Assembly (NCBI RefSeq): GCF_001194135.2
Contig: NC_068981.1
Coordinates: forward strand, 145,654,172-145,693,260
From: Octopus bimaculoides
Lineage: Eukaryota
Direction of reading: 5' to 3'
DNA: 39,089 nucleotides
The notes beneath the pieces were generated by a model. That model was not told the origin of the DNA and made no database searches. It worked only from the letters and a program-made list of their open reading frames with translations. This document shows positions 1 through 10,779 of the stretch, one piece after another (positions within the stretch are counted from its first letter, which is position 1; the number at the start of each line of letters is the position of its first letter). The position numbers were made by a program, and so were the translations under genes.

Positions 1-19
1 CCCCCCTCTCTCTATATAT

Positions 20-22
<3 letters not shown>

Positions 23-70
<48 letters not shown>

Positions 71-72
71 GT
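23..72. repeat. (GT)n microsatellite
   Basis: GT dinucleotide run with one interruption, read directly. Confidence 0.95.
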
Positions 73-322
73 ATTTATTAGTATAAAGGTGACTTTCAAC
101 ATAGATAATTCTGAGCAAGCTGTGCTAGACCAATGGCAGCAGTTTATGAACAGGAAATAACCACAAAAACATATGAAAAACACGGAGGCTTGTAAATATG
201 TATGTTAACCTTTCGACAATTGAGACACCGATTAAAAACAAAAAATATTGCATTTCAGGATTTCATCTCCGCCATCAACAATGACCCTTTGATGACTAGT
301 ACAACTCAGAAGAAGAACAATA

Positions 323-420
323 AGAGAGAGAGAGAGGGAGAGAGAGGGAGAGAGAGAGAGAGAGAAAGGGAGAGAGAGAGAGAGAGAAAGGGAGAGAGAG
401 AGAGAGAGGGGGGAGGGGAG
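323..420. repeat. (GA)n/GGGA-rich simple repeat
   Basis: Purine-only GA run. It explains the ERER and SLSL ORFs. Confidence 0.95.
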
Positions 421-422
421 TA

Positions 423-540
423 AGATAAGAGAATCGATTCCAGTGCTAAACTATATTCTATTTCATCGATCCTGAACAAATGAAAGGTGAAGTTGATCAA
501 GACAAGATCTGAACTCAGGTTGAAGACAGCGGGAACGAAT
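423..540 (-). mobile_element. Highly decayed tRNA-derived SINE fragment
   Basis: atcgattccagtgctaaact...ttcatcgatcctgaacaaatgaaaggtgaagttgat aligns loosely with the SINE core at 6300-6400. Confidence 0.5.
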
Positions 541-1016
541 ATCACCAGGGCTTGCATTCGACGACTCTGCATCGACAATTCTGAAAATCAATAGTTTTAA
601 ATGATATAATGCTATAAGTTATAATATCGTACAAACACACAATCGAAGCTACGGTTATGTAAAATATACAAACACCAGTGACATGCAATTGTAAGTTGTC
701 TATACAGCAGAAACGTGCGTTAGACACAAATAAAAGAAGGAATCATAAAATCACACCAACGTGAAAGCCTCAATATTGTCACTCGATTCGTTAAAAACAG
801 CAGCCAAATCATCTTCAAATCACTCTACTACCATAGCACGTGGGAAGGACACAATGGCCAACGCTGTCCGAGATACACTTATCTAAGTAAAAACGAGATG
901 GACCTATACAATAACAACAACATCGAAAACAACATCAACAAATAGTTTGTGTTCGGTGAACAAGAAACCCTAGCATTCAGATTTATGAAGAGTAATTTGT
1001 CTTTAGTTCCAACTAA

Positions 1017-1131
1017 GCACACACAGACACACACATACACACAGACACACACACACGCACAGACACACACAGACACACACAGACACACACAGACACACAG
1101 ACACACACACACAACACACACACACACACAC
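1017..1131. repeat. (CA)n/(CAGACA)n compound microsatellite
   Basis: Read directly. Confidence 0.9.
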
Positions 1132-1611
1132 GATTATATACCACTTAAAAGTAGATGTTGCGTCAGAACATATTATTTGATGCGTAAACGCACATCATAG
1201 CAATTGCTAGCAGTAGACAATCATCGCTACTTCCGCTGTCAGAACTACCAGATCATGTGATTTCGGCCTCATTTGACCTTGTCAATGATAGATACCTCGC
1301 AACTGGAAATAGCAGTAACTGCCTGTGATGTAGTGATAAAAAGAGAAGTGAGGGAACACAGTTTGATGGGGTGGGATCAACGCAATCATTGCGAACACAT
1401 TAGGCTGTTGTTATTGAAGGCAATATGCTAAGCTCCCTGGGAAAATGTTGTAGAAAAGTGATTTTAGTGGTAGGTGAAAAGAATGCGGAAACCTCAACAC
1501 TAGAGACAACATCAGTGCCAAACTGACCCTAATCAAAATGTGTTGCAATTTTGTTTACAATTAGTCTCATGGTGTCAGAGAAATGTCGTGACAAACAGAC
1601 AAGCTAAGTAA

Positions 1612-1706
1612 ATATACACACACACACACACACACATTTATATGTATATATACACACACACACACACACATTTATATGTATACACACACACACACACATT
1701 TATATG

Positions 1707-1742
<36 letters not shown>

Positions 1743-1770
1743 ACACACACACACATATATTTATGTATAT
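1612..1770. repeat. Compound repeat: (CA)n blocks separated by TTTATATGTATA
   Basis: Three to four units of (CA)n-TTTATATGTAT(A). Confidence 0.85.
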
Positions 1771-1788
1771 ATTCATAAACACTAACTC

Positions 1789-2272
1789 AAGGAATACTGG
1801 TGAAATATTCCCATCAAAACTTTTGTCAAATGTAAACATAACAGGCCGGATATTGTTGTTTGGAACAGAGGGGTAAAGGTATGTACCGTCCGTTATAGAA
1901 GTGAGCTGCCCTGCAGATATAAATATCTCATTGAAAATCAAAGAAAAAGAGGATATCTATGGACAACTGCTTCGAAACCTACAGCTTCTATATCCAGACA
2001 ATGAATTCATATTCATACCAATAACAATTGGAGCTCTAGGTTTTGTTAGTAAATGCTTAAAGGAGAATCTGGATAAACTGGGATTTTTAGAAAGGAAATC
2101 GACCGGCTAAATCGTACATTACAAGTGCAGTCTGTGAGTGGAACAGTAACAATATACAAGACTTTTCTCAAGTTCCAAATGTGAGTTTGTCTGTGTTAAC
2201 TATATCCCAAAGATGGATCCTTGTATCCTTGTTTGAAACCAGCTCCCTCCTTAGTGGAAGATTTATAATAAT
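1789..2272 (+). pseudogene. 3' end of an RLE-type non-LTR retrotransposon (R4/Dong-like): restriction-like endonuclease domain plus 3' UTR
   Basis: Frameshifted translation KEYW*NIPIKTFVKCKHNRPDIVVWNRG..IEVSCPADINISLKIKEKEDIYGQLLRNLQLLYP..FIPITIGALG..KTFLKFQM* (stop 2182-2184). It has the RPD..E endonuclease motif and the IPIxIGALG motif typical of R4/HERO/NeSL-type ORF ends. The clade assignment is an inference. Confidence 0.8.
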
Positions 2273-2916
2273 TAAAAAGTAGAAGACACACACACACACA
2301 CACACACACATACACACACACACACACACATACATACAAAAGGGTACGAATTGGCTTAGCTGTTCCGATTCTCTACATTTTCGATTGAAATTTCACCGAG
2401 ATCAACTTTGCCCTTCCTCGTTTGTATATCTGTATATGTAATTTAGAAATAAAGTATAAAAAAATGTCATTAGTAATTTTTATAACTAGCCCTGGAATTT
2501 ACATGAATTCACCAAGTTCTATTAACGGAGCAGTGTCGCTCCTTTTGAGTTTTGCAGCATCGCCTTCAGATTCTCAACTGATGACCACGGCCTACCACAC
2601 TGCCATAAAAGGCAATATGTCATCATAAAAGACGTTGGCATCTACACGAATACGGCTGCAAAATCAAATATTTGTATACATGAAACTATAAAAGTTCCGG
2701 GTTAATAACAATATAAGAAAGCTTAAATAGATATTAGTGCAGCCATTCTCACATTCATGCGCAGCCTACTTAGTCTTATGTACTACAAACGAAGGATTAA
2801 TGATTATAACCAACCCTAAACAGTGTAAGCATATATTTAATACTGGAAACGAGCATGCGCATGCGTACACACATGCATGCATATACACGCATACACGCAT
2901 TTATATAAGCATATGT

Positions 2917-3129
2917 ATGTTCTTTTACTTGTTTCAGTCATTTGACTGCGGTCATGCTAGAGCACCGCCTTAAAGGGTTTTAGTCGAACAAATCGATCCC
3001 AGGACTTATTTTTAATGCCAAGTAGTTATTCTATTGATCTCTTTGCCGAGCCGCTAAGTTACGAGAGCACAAACACACCAACACCAGTTGTGCGGGGTGT
3101 GGGGGGCACAACCACAAATACAAAGACAC

Positions 3130-3166
<37 letters not shown>

Positions 3167-3169
3167 CAT

Positions 3170-3222
<53 letters not shown>

Positions 3223-3385
3223 AGACGGGCTTCTTTCAGTTTCCGTCTACAAATCCATTCACAAGACTTTGGTCGGCTCGAGGCTATACTAGAAGACACT
3301 TGCCCAAGGTGTTACGCAGTGGGATTGAACTGGGAATCATGTGGTTGGAAAGCAAGCTTCTTACCATACAAGCAAGCCTGCACCT
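2917..3385 (-). mobile_element. tRNA-derived SINE with CORE-like body and internal (TA)/(CA) microsatellite
   Basis: The minus strand reads a tRNA-like head (gttcaatccc B-box), then caccttgggcaagtgtctt (CORE-like), a microsatellite, and the tail ..gactgaaacaagtaaaagaa. The same family recurs at 13311, 16630, 30730 and 38500. Confidence 0.85.
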
Positions 3386-4257
3386 ATTATGGTAAAGAAA
3401 GAAAGTAACAATATTTGCCGCTGGCTAATAATATCTTGTTTCGGTTAAGTCCAGGAGATTTTTCTAAACATATTTACAATCTTATCAGGCCACTTCAGTG
3501 GAGCAGGTGTTATTTTTGCTTATTCATATATTTATCCTTATTACATTCTTTCTAATAAATAAATTAAATATTAAGAAAAAGTAAATGAACAGATTCAGCA
3601 TAAAGAGGCGGAATTTAATTTTGCAAAATATCTCCTATTCGATAATTTTCAGAGACGGATTTCCTATGCATTTTAGTTCAAAGCTCTCAAACCGGTTATT
3701 ATTCTACTTCAAAACAGTTTTATTTATTCATTTATTTATTTATTATTTTATTTATTTATTTGTTAGTTAATTTGTTCGTTTATTTAATTTGTATATTTTT
3801 CAGTTTATGATTATACTAAAAAAAAAACTATGTGAACAGTTGTAGTGGAACTGCTGTTACAATATCTAACTTTGTGAAAACATATATTATAAGGCAGCAG
3901 CTACAATTGCAATGCATACAACAGCAGCAGCAGCACAATTATTATGATTGTTGTTATTTTAAATGTTTTTTCACACTCGGTAGGGCGTCAAATTAAATGA
4001 GTTGTAGTATTTAATGATGTCCCTGTATGTTGTGAGTTCAAATCCGGTCGAGATCGATTTTTTGCTGGTTTCGATAAAGCAAGAACATCTTTATTACGTC
4101 ACTGTATCGACCAAACTATCGAATGTTGTTACACATCGCTGGTCACAATGCGCTTCCTTGTTGTAAGCCTTCAGATAGTGTCGTCCAGCTGACTGGGCAG
4201 GCAGTTCAACATTACCTCCAAAAGGAATGCCAGTCCGTCACAGGGTTATTCATTTAG

Positions 4258-4809
4258 GGATCTATTTCAAAACGGGCCACCAGTATTTTCTTAACGAAAC
4301 ACTAACGAAACACTTTGAAACTTGGGACACTGGTAGAATGTGTCATATAAAACATCTTTTACTCCTAGTCTTCTTAACAAAAANNNNNNNNNNTATTCCC
4401 TGTGACATATTTCATCTGGTTTAATCGTAATTTATACGCATATATTGTTTATATAATAAATTACGCTGTGCGTATCTATGTGTGTAACAATTTTAGAGTT
4501 CGGATTCTAGAGTTAGGGTTAGTTTTAGGGTTAGGGTTAGGGTTAACAGTCTAGTTAGGGTTAGGGTTAGGGGATTAATACGATATACACCGTTACAGCG
4601 CTAACTGTTTTCAACTGAATAGACGTCAGTGATTAGTAGAAATTATCGAAATAAGACAATTTTTTACATGAAATAAATTCGAATATAAACATTTTTATCT
4701 GTTCTATAGCACAAAATAGATAAGTATACGAAGTTTGAAAGTCTTTCGGTACCAAAAACACTACATAAAACATAAATGAAAACTGTGGCCCCCGTTTTGA
4801 AATAGATCC
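4258..4809. mobile_element. MITE copy 1 (19-bp TIR GGATCTATTTCAAAACGGG, 8-bp TSD TCATTTAG)
   Basis: Perfect TIRs at 4258-4276 and 4791-4809. Identical 8-mers at 4250-4257 and 4810-4817. It is homologous to 28677-29281 in the opposite orientation. Confidence 0.95.
4513..4572 (+). repeat. Interstitial telomere-like (TTAGGG)n inside the MITE
   Basis: Seven TTAGGG hexamers with two interruptions. Confidence 0.9.
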
Positions 4810-5142
4810 TCATTTAGAACTGAGTGAACTGGACCAACGAGAAATGAAGTGTTTTGCACAAGAACACAACGCTCCGCCGGTCTAGGAATCGAAACTGCGA
4901 TCTTGCGATTGTGGTTACTCTTCATTACATACAATATTTTAACACATAACTCCTTTATTACGTAACATATTCACGGCACAACAATATTATAACATAATCT
5001 CATTATTGTATTTTTATAGCCGACATTTACATAACTTTATTACATGTAACAATTAAATGCATCCTCCGTCAGTTTCGACGGTGAATATTCCAGTTGTTCG
5101 ATCAGCTAAAGTACTTATTCATTGAATTAGAAACTAACTTAA

Positions 5143-5455
5143 GGCGGAGAGCTGTAGAAACGTTAGCAGGTCGGGCGAAGTGCTTCGCGGTATTTCGTCT
5201 GCCTTTACATTCTGAGATCAAATTCTGGCATGGTCGACTTTGCTTTTCATCCTTTCGGGTCGATAAATTAAGTACCGGTTGTGTACTGAGGTCGATCTAA
5301 TCGACTGGCCCCTCCCCAAAAATTTCGGGCCTTGTGCCTAGAATAGAAAAGATTATTTTACAGGGTTGTGAGCTGACAGAATCGTTAGCACGCCGGGCGA
5401 AATGCTTAGCGGTATTTCGTCTGCCATTACGTTCTGAGTTCAAATTCCACCGAGA
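5143..5455 (+). mobile_element. tRNA-derived SINE (5143-5356) followed by a second head-only copy (about 5365-5455)
   Basis: A-box-like start, B-box gagttcaaattcc, core gtcgactttgc(c/t)tttcatcctttcgggtcgataaattaagtacc, and tail gggccttgtgcctagaatagaaaag. Confidence 0.9.
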
Positions 5456-5639
5456 ATCAGCGTGACAGTGACAAAGAATAGCAATTATAAATATCATATA
5501 TTAAATAACATATTTGTAACGTATCGGTCTTTTTATCATAAATAATTTTTTTATTAAACAGCATCTTTATAAAATAATAACATGGTTTATGGTTTATAAC
5601 ATAGCATTTTTATGGTTCTAGGGCAACTGATACCAGGAC

Positions 5640-6854
5640 GCGAAATTTTTTCTCCACGAGAGTTCCAGTTCCTACAGCCAATCAGAGCTCACCGTCACCA
5701 TGTCAAGTTAACAAATGTTGGCATTCAAAATGGCGACTTCCGATTACGAGCACTCAATTTACAGATGCTTACACTTTTTATATTTTCCGTGAATTTTTCA
5801 CGGGTCCAGCTAGTTATAATAAATAGATCTATAATTTACTACTAATGATATAATAGTACTCAGCGAAATTTTTTAATAGTCACACATTTTCGTGACTTTT
5901 TTTTTATTCTTTTCTGTTTGGTTGCCAGCGTCAATTTTCTGTTCGAATTGATTTCATATTTCGTGTAATAATACACTTTTATAGGCTAATTAATGAATTG
6001 AAAGTAATTTTCGCTATAAATCAATAAATAAAAAGTTATTAGCAATTAAAGTTTGAAAATTTTGGTAATTTTAGTCAATCGTAAGCCACAGACACATTCA
6101 TGTTTTTCTCTTTTAACTTAAACATCAACATTTATTTACATGAAAGAAAATTACCGGAGAACTTTTGTGCTAAAAATAACAGTTAAATAAGATTTATTTA
6201 CATGAAAGAAAATTACCGTGGAAATAACACGTATTGTTTACAAATATTTATTTCTTTATTGTCCACAAGGGTCTAAACATAGAGGGGACAAGCAAGGATA
6301 GACAAAGGGATTAAGTCGATTACATCGACCCCAGTACGTAAATGGTACTTGATATATCGACCCCGAAAGGATGAGAGGCAAAGTCGGCCTCGGCGGAATT
6401 TGAACTCAGAACGTAAAGACAGACGAAATACCGCTAAGCATTTTGCTCAGCGTGCTAACGTTTCTGCCAGCTCACCGCCTTACTTTGTTTACGAATATTC
6501 TTTTCTACTCTAGGCACAAGGCCCGAAATTTTGGGGGAGCGGGGCCAATCGATTAGATCGACCCCAGTATGCGAACTCGGCGGAATTTGAACTCAGAGCA
6601 CAAAGACAAACGAAATACCGCTAAGCATTTCGCCCAGCGTGCTAACGTTTCTGCCAGCTCACCGCCTTACTTTGTTTACGAATATTGACACGTGCTAAGC
6701 GAAGTTGCTGTCTGCCAGTAGTGAAGGAAAGAGTAAGGAATGCGCGGTGCTAGTTAGAAAGGAAGAAAGGATAAAGGTGGCTCTGCTCTGATTGGGTGTA
6801 TGCAAATGAGTTCATTACTGGGGTCGGGAACTCTCGTGGGAAAAAAAATTTCGC
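5640..6854. mobile_element. Inner TIR element (MULE-like by its putative 9-bp TSD) nested in the left arm of the foldback
   Basis: GCGAAATTTTTTCTCCACGAGAGTTCC at 5640 is inverted at 6827-6854 (GGAACTCTCGTGGGAAAAAAAAATTTCGC), with a second inverted motif ccaatcagagc. Flanks are TACCAGGAC (5631-5639) and TATCAGGAC (6855-6863). Confidence 0.75.
6249..6668 (-). mobile_element. Two tandem SINEs (6249-6480, 6500-6668) with different 3' tails
   Basis: They share the tRNA-like head ggcggtgagctggcagaaacgttagcacg. The 15-mer TTGTTTAC(A/G)AATATT occurs at 6234, 6485 and 6672. Confidence 0.9.
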
Positions 6855-6962
6855 TATCAGGACAACTCATACCTGGACAATTGATATTGAGGACCACTGA
6901 TATATAGGACAATTCATAACAGTTATAAAGTGATAAAGATTTAATTTCAAAAGAAATTTTGC

Positions 6963-7390
6963 GTGTGGTGTGTATGTGTGCATGTGTGTGTGGTGTGTGG
7001 GGGGCATGTGTGTGTGGGGGGACATGTGTGTGTGTGATGTGTTTTTGTGTGTGTGTATGTGGATGCGTGTGTGTGGTGTGGTGTATGTGGGTGCGTATGT
7101 GTGCCTGTGTCTGTGGTGTGTATTTGTGAGTGTGTGTATGTGGGGGGGGTGTATGTGGTGTGTGTGTGGGGTATGTGTGTGCGTGTGTGGTGTGTATGAT
7201 GTATATTTGTGAGTGTGTGCGTGTGTGTATGTGTGTGTGCGTGCGAGTGGTGTGTATTTATGTGTGTGTATGTGGTGCGTATGTGTGTGTGCGGTGTGTA
7301 TTTGTGTGTGTGTGTATGTGGTGTGTGGTGTATTTGTATTTGTGTGTGTGGTGCGTGTGTGTGTTTGTACGTGTGTGTGGTGTGTGCGGT
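6963..7390. repeat. Degenerate TG-rich low-complexity tract
   Basis: Read directly. It is the source of the CVCV ORFs. Confidence 0.9.
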
Positions 7391-7459
7391 TATTTTATTC
7401 TAGATTTTTTGTTCAAAATTAAATCTTTATCACTTATACCTGGCATGATTTGTCCTGTT

Positions 7460-7523
7460 TATCAGTTGTCCTAGATATCAGTTGTCCTAGATATCAGTTG
7501 TCCTAGATATCAGTTGTCCTAGA
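7460..7523 (+). repeat. Four perfect 16-bp tandem units TATCAGTTGTCCTAGA (subterminal repeats of the foldback)
   Basis: Units start at 7460, 7476, 7492 and 7508. Confidence 0.95.
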
Positions 7524-7739
7524 TATCAATTATCCAGGTACGAGTTGTCTGATATGAGTTGTCCGGAATGAGTTGTCCTGGTGTCAGTTGCCCTGGCACA
7601 TATTATTTATTACAAAGTATCTTCGTCACGTAACATTTTTTTTTTTGCTCTTTATATTACATAATATTTTTATAAAGCAGATTCTATAATACAAAACATA
7701 TTTATCAAATAAAGACTTTATGACTTTTTTTTTATACAA

Positions 7740-7929
7740 TAATGGTTTCTAATTTTGGCACAAGGTCAGCAATTTCGGGGGGATAGTCTATTACATTGAC
7801 CCCAGTGCATAACTGGTACTTATCTAATCGACCCCGAAAGGATGAAAGGCAAAGTGGACCCAGGTGGAATTTGATCTCAGAACGTATAGAGGAAGAAATA
7901 CCGCTAAGCATTTTGCCCAGCGTGCTAAC
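7740..7929 (-). mobile_element. tRNA-derived SINE, third tail type (..ccttgtgccaaaattagaaacca)
   Basis: Same core and head as 5143 and 6249. Confidence 0.85.
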
Positions 7930-8555
7930 TTTTTTTATTTGATATCTTTATTACATAGCATTTCTATTTCAAAACATTTTGATAACATAACGTTTACATA
8001 ATATCTTTCGGACCTAACATTTTAATACCTCACTTCTATACTTTCGACCAAGCCTCCTCTTTAGAATGCGATAATTTTTACATATAAAAGTACGTATTTT
8101 CTAACTGTCATTGACAATCTGCTGCATCCTGTTGGCGTATAATACGTACACATATCAAAGCCTGTATCTCTGAGATACAGCTGAATGAGCTAATGGTGAA
8201 GAGAGAAGAGACATTATCCGTTGACGCTTTTCTTTGATGCTTTGAATGCAGTGTTTCTCCTTGTATGGAGAACTGAGAGGATTTAAAAGAGTATAAACAA
8301 GTCATCAAATTTAATAATAGAGCAAAATGGTTTTAAACATTTAAAACCTTGTGCAACGCCATAACAAAGAAAGGGTTATTATATAGACGCAAAATCTCTT
8401 TCCTCATTAATAAAGATGGAGATAGAGAGGGGAAAACAATATACTATCACGTTTTGCTTTTGTTGGTGGTGGGCAGTTTGAGAACCACTGCTTTAGAAGA
8501 GTCCATTCTGTTACAAATATTAGGCCTAATCTGATAGAAGTTGCTAACATTAGGT

Positions 8556-8876
8556 ATAAAAAAAACTTGCACTCCGTCGGTTACAACGACGAGGGTTCCA
8601 GTTGATCCGATTAACGGAACAGCCTGCTTGTGAAATTAACGTGCAAGTCGCTGAGCACTCCACAGACGTGCGTACCCTTAATGTAGTTCTCAGGGAGATT
8701 CAGCGTGGCACGTGACGTGACAAGGCTAGCCCTTTGAAATGCAGGTACTTTTTCCAGCTGAGTGAACTGGAATACCGTAAAATAAAGTGTCTTGTTCAAA
8801 GACACGACGCAGTGCTGGGCATCGAACTCACGATTGTGAGCCGAATGTCCCTAACCACTAAGCCACGTGCCTTCAC
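8556..8876 (-). mobile_element. tRNA-derived SINE (gtgaaggcacgtggc head) flanked by 37-bp imperfect direct repeats
   Basis: The tail is shared with 21424-21809 and the head is shared with 14078. Direct repeats at 8519-8555 and 8880-8916 match at 32/37. Confidence 0.85.
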
Positions 8877-9589
8877 AGGATTAGGCCTAACCTAATAGAG
8901 GTTGCAAGCATTAGGTCAAGTCGGAGGATTACTTCCTCCCTTGCCAGTCTTGGGTAGGGCTGGGACTAAAAAAACGGGCTGTCCTGTCTTCTCTGAGTAA
9001 GTTGATAATTTTTTTTTTTTAATATTTTATAAAAGACTTGGAGTATTTTATTGCTATCGAAAAATGAAATGTTTTGGGTTCAACACAGAGTCAGACACAA
9101 AATACCTTGAGTGAGTGAGAGAGAGAACCTCCAACGACTGAAGACCAAAATTTTTACTTGGTTTCTCCTAAACTGTATAATGTTAACATGAAGACAACTG
9201 AACATTGATTCAACTGAAAACTGAATTTCTTGTATACATGGTGATCGTAGAAATAAAGTATTAGTATTAATGACGATATCCATGAAAAAAAGAAAAAAAA
9301 CGATGGAAAGCAGAATTAGTAGAGTGTCAGCCAACAAAATGATCCGAGACCTCTTTGCGTTTTGAGATCAAATCACGAGATCAATTTTCTCAGTAACTCT
9401 TTTAAGTTCGATAAATTAAGTAACATTCAAGTACTCAGGATTCGTGCAATCAACTATATACCTCACCAAAACAACTGTGGGGCCTCGAGCCAATATTCGA
9501 ATGTTATCCAATTAAAATTTTTTACTGCTGTCATTATTATTAATGTTGCTTGTTAATGTCGTTATTCTTAATGAGGCGGTGTTGATGGT

Positions 9590-9700
9590 TGGTTGATGTT
9601 AGTTGTGGTGGTGGTGGTGGTAGTGATGGTGGCGGTAGCGGCAGTGATGGCATTGCTGATAGCGGTGGTTATGGCGGAGGCGACGACAGTGGTATGAAGA
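9590..9700. repeat. GGT/GGC-rich low-complexity tract
   Basis: Read directly. Confidence 0.8.
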
Positions 9701-10251
9701 AGAACGGTGGTCTTAGATTCCAATGCCCACAAAGTAATTTCGCTTGGGCAAGTTAAAGCAATTTATTAGCTAACGACATCCAGGAGACAACGTTTGACTG
9801 CTGAATTATGCGCTCTGAGAGATTTCGAGAAACATCGCAGAATAGTCTGCAGGTTAGTCAGGCGTGTTGCAGCGAAAGCTAAGATAAAACTCTCTTTTAG
9901 TTGTCGCATGTGTTTACAAGTTATTTGGTTGTGTGCATAGGAGTGGAATTCCGCTCCGAGCAAAACGGCGCCAATTCTCAATGACTATAAGGAAATATGT
10001 ACGTAATATTGATAATCACAGAAAAATTCCCGCTTTATCAGAAATAGGTTTGGCTAAATTCTACTTTTAAGGTGCACAGACGTTCATAACGATAATAAAA
10101 CTAAAATAAAAAAATAATTGAAAACAAACAACACTTTGTTAACTTCCCTGTTTCTTTTGACGTAATAGTCTATAAAATGAAGCTTCGAAGCTGGTCGAAG
10201 GCATGGATACACAGGGCAGTTGCGCAGGGGCTTTACGTTGCTATGACGGCC

Positions 10252-10255
<4 letters not shown>

Positions 10256-10326
<71 letters not shown>
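10256..10326. repeat. (TA)n microsatellite
   Basis: Read directly. Confidence 0.95.
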
Positions 10327-10666
10327 AATTTGACATGGGCGATTCTTTCTTGTCTTGGGATTCACGGTCAACGGGTGGAATTGCGCAAAAAATTACACAG
10401 ATGTGTAGAATGATCCAGCGGTGATGCTGGGCCTTGTATTTTTTTCATAGCTTCCATGGTTACCAAGATAATCTACTATAATAATACTCTTGTGTTTAAG
10501 AATACTCGTGTTTAAGAGAAAGGAAGGGGTGATAGATGAATAAAGAAGGAAGGGGTGATGTCATACTTGGTAGTGGGATGATGAAAAGTGTACACTGAAA
10601 AAATAAACCAAACAGCGTTTCAACTCTGTGAACATATGTGTGTGTATGTAAAAGAGGGGTATGTGA

Positions 10667-10703
<37 letters not shown>

Positions 10704-10779
10704 TGTGTGTGTGTATGTATGTGTGCGCGCGTGCGCGTGCGCGCAATGGAAATGGGATGGTTCATTCAGTCAAATTTAC

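Larger units (their letters stand above)
4100..4915 (-). mobile_element. Decayed SINE interrupted by the MITE at 4258-4809
   Basis: Removing the MITE and one TSD rejoins cagggttat-tcatttag-aactgagtgaactgg..aagtgttttgcacaagaacacaac..gaatcgaaac. This matches the head and body of the SINEs at 8556-8876 and 14078-14401. Confidence 0.65.
5618..7596. mobile_element. Foldback-like non-autonomous DNA element (outer) with long imperfect inverted arms and a TG-rich centre
   Basis: Ends are CTAGGGCAACTGATACCAGGAC (5618) and GTCCTGGTGTCAGTTGCCCTGG (7575-7596). Arm 6855-6960 is the reverse complement of 7400-7550. The exact termini and TSD are unresolved. Confidence 0.8.

Noticed and set aside
2530-2700. 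Helitron Rep HUH motif (HGLPHCH in a + frame)
   Set aside because: It lacks the preceding EFQxR context and other Rep motifs, has a nearby in-frame stop, and lies 8 kb from the helicase.
4513-4572. True telomere or chromosome fusion site
   Set aside because: There are only a few interrupted units, embedded at a fixed position in a MITE that has TSDs.
7460-7523. CRISPR- or iteron-like 16-bp repeats
   Set aside because: They have no spacers and are subterminal repeats of the foldback element.
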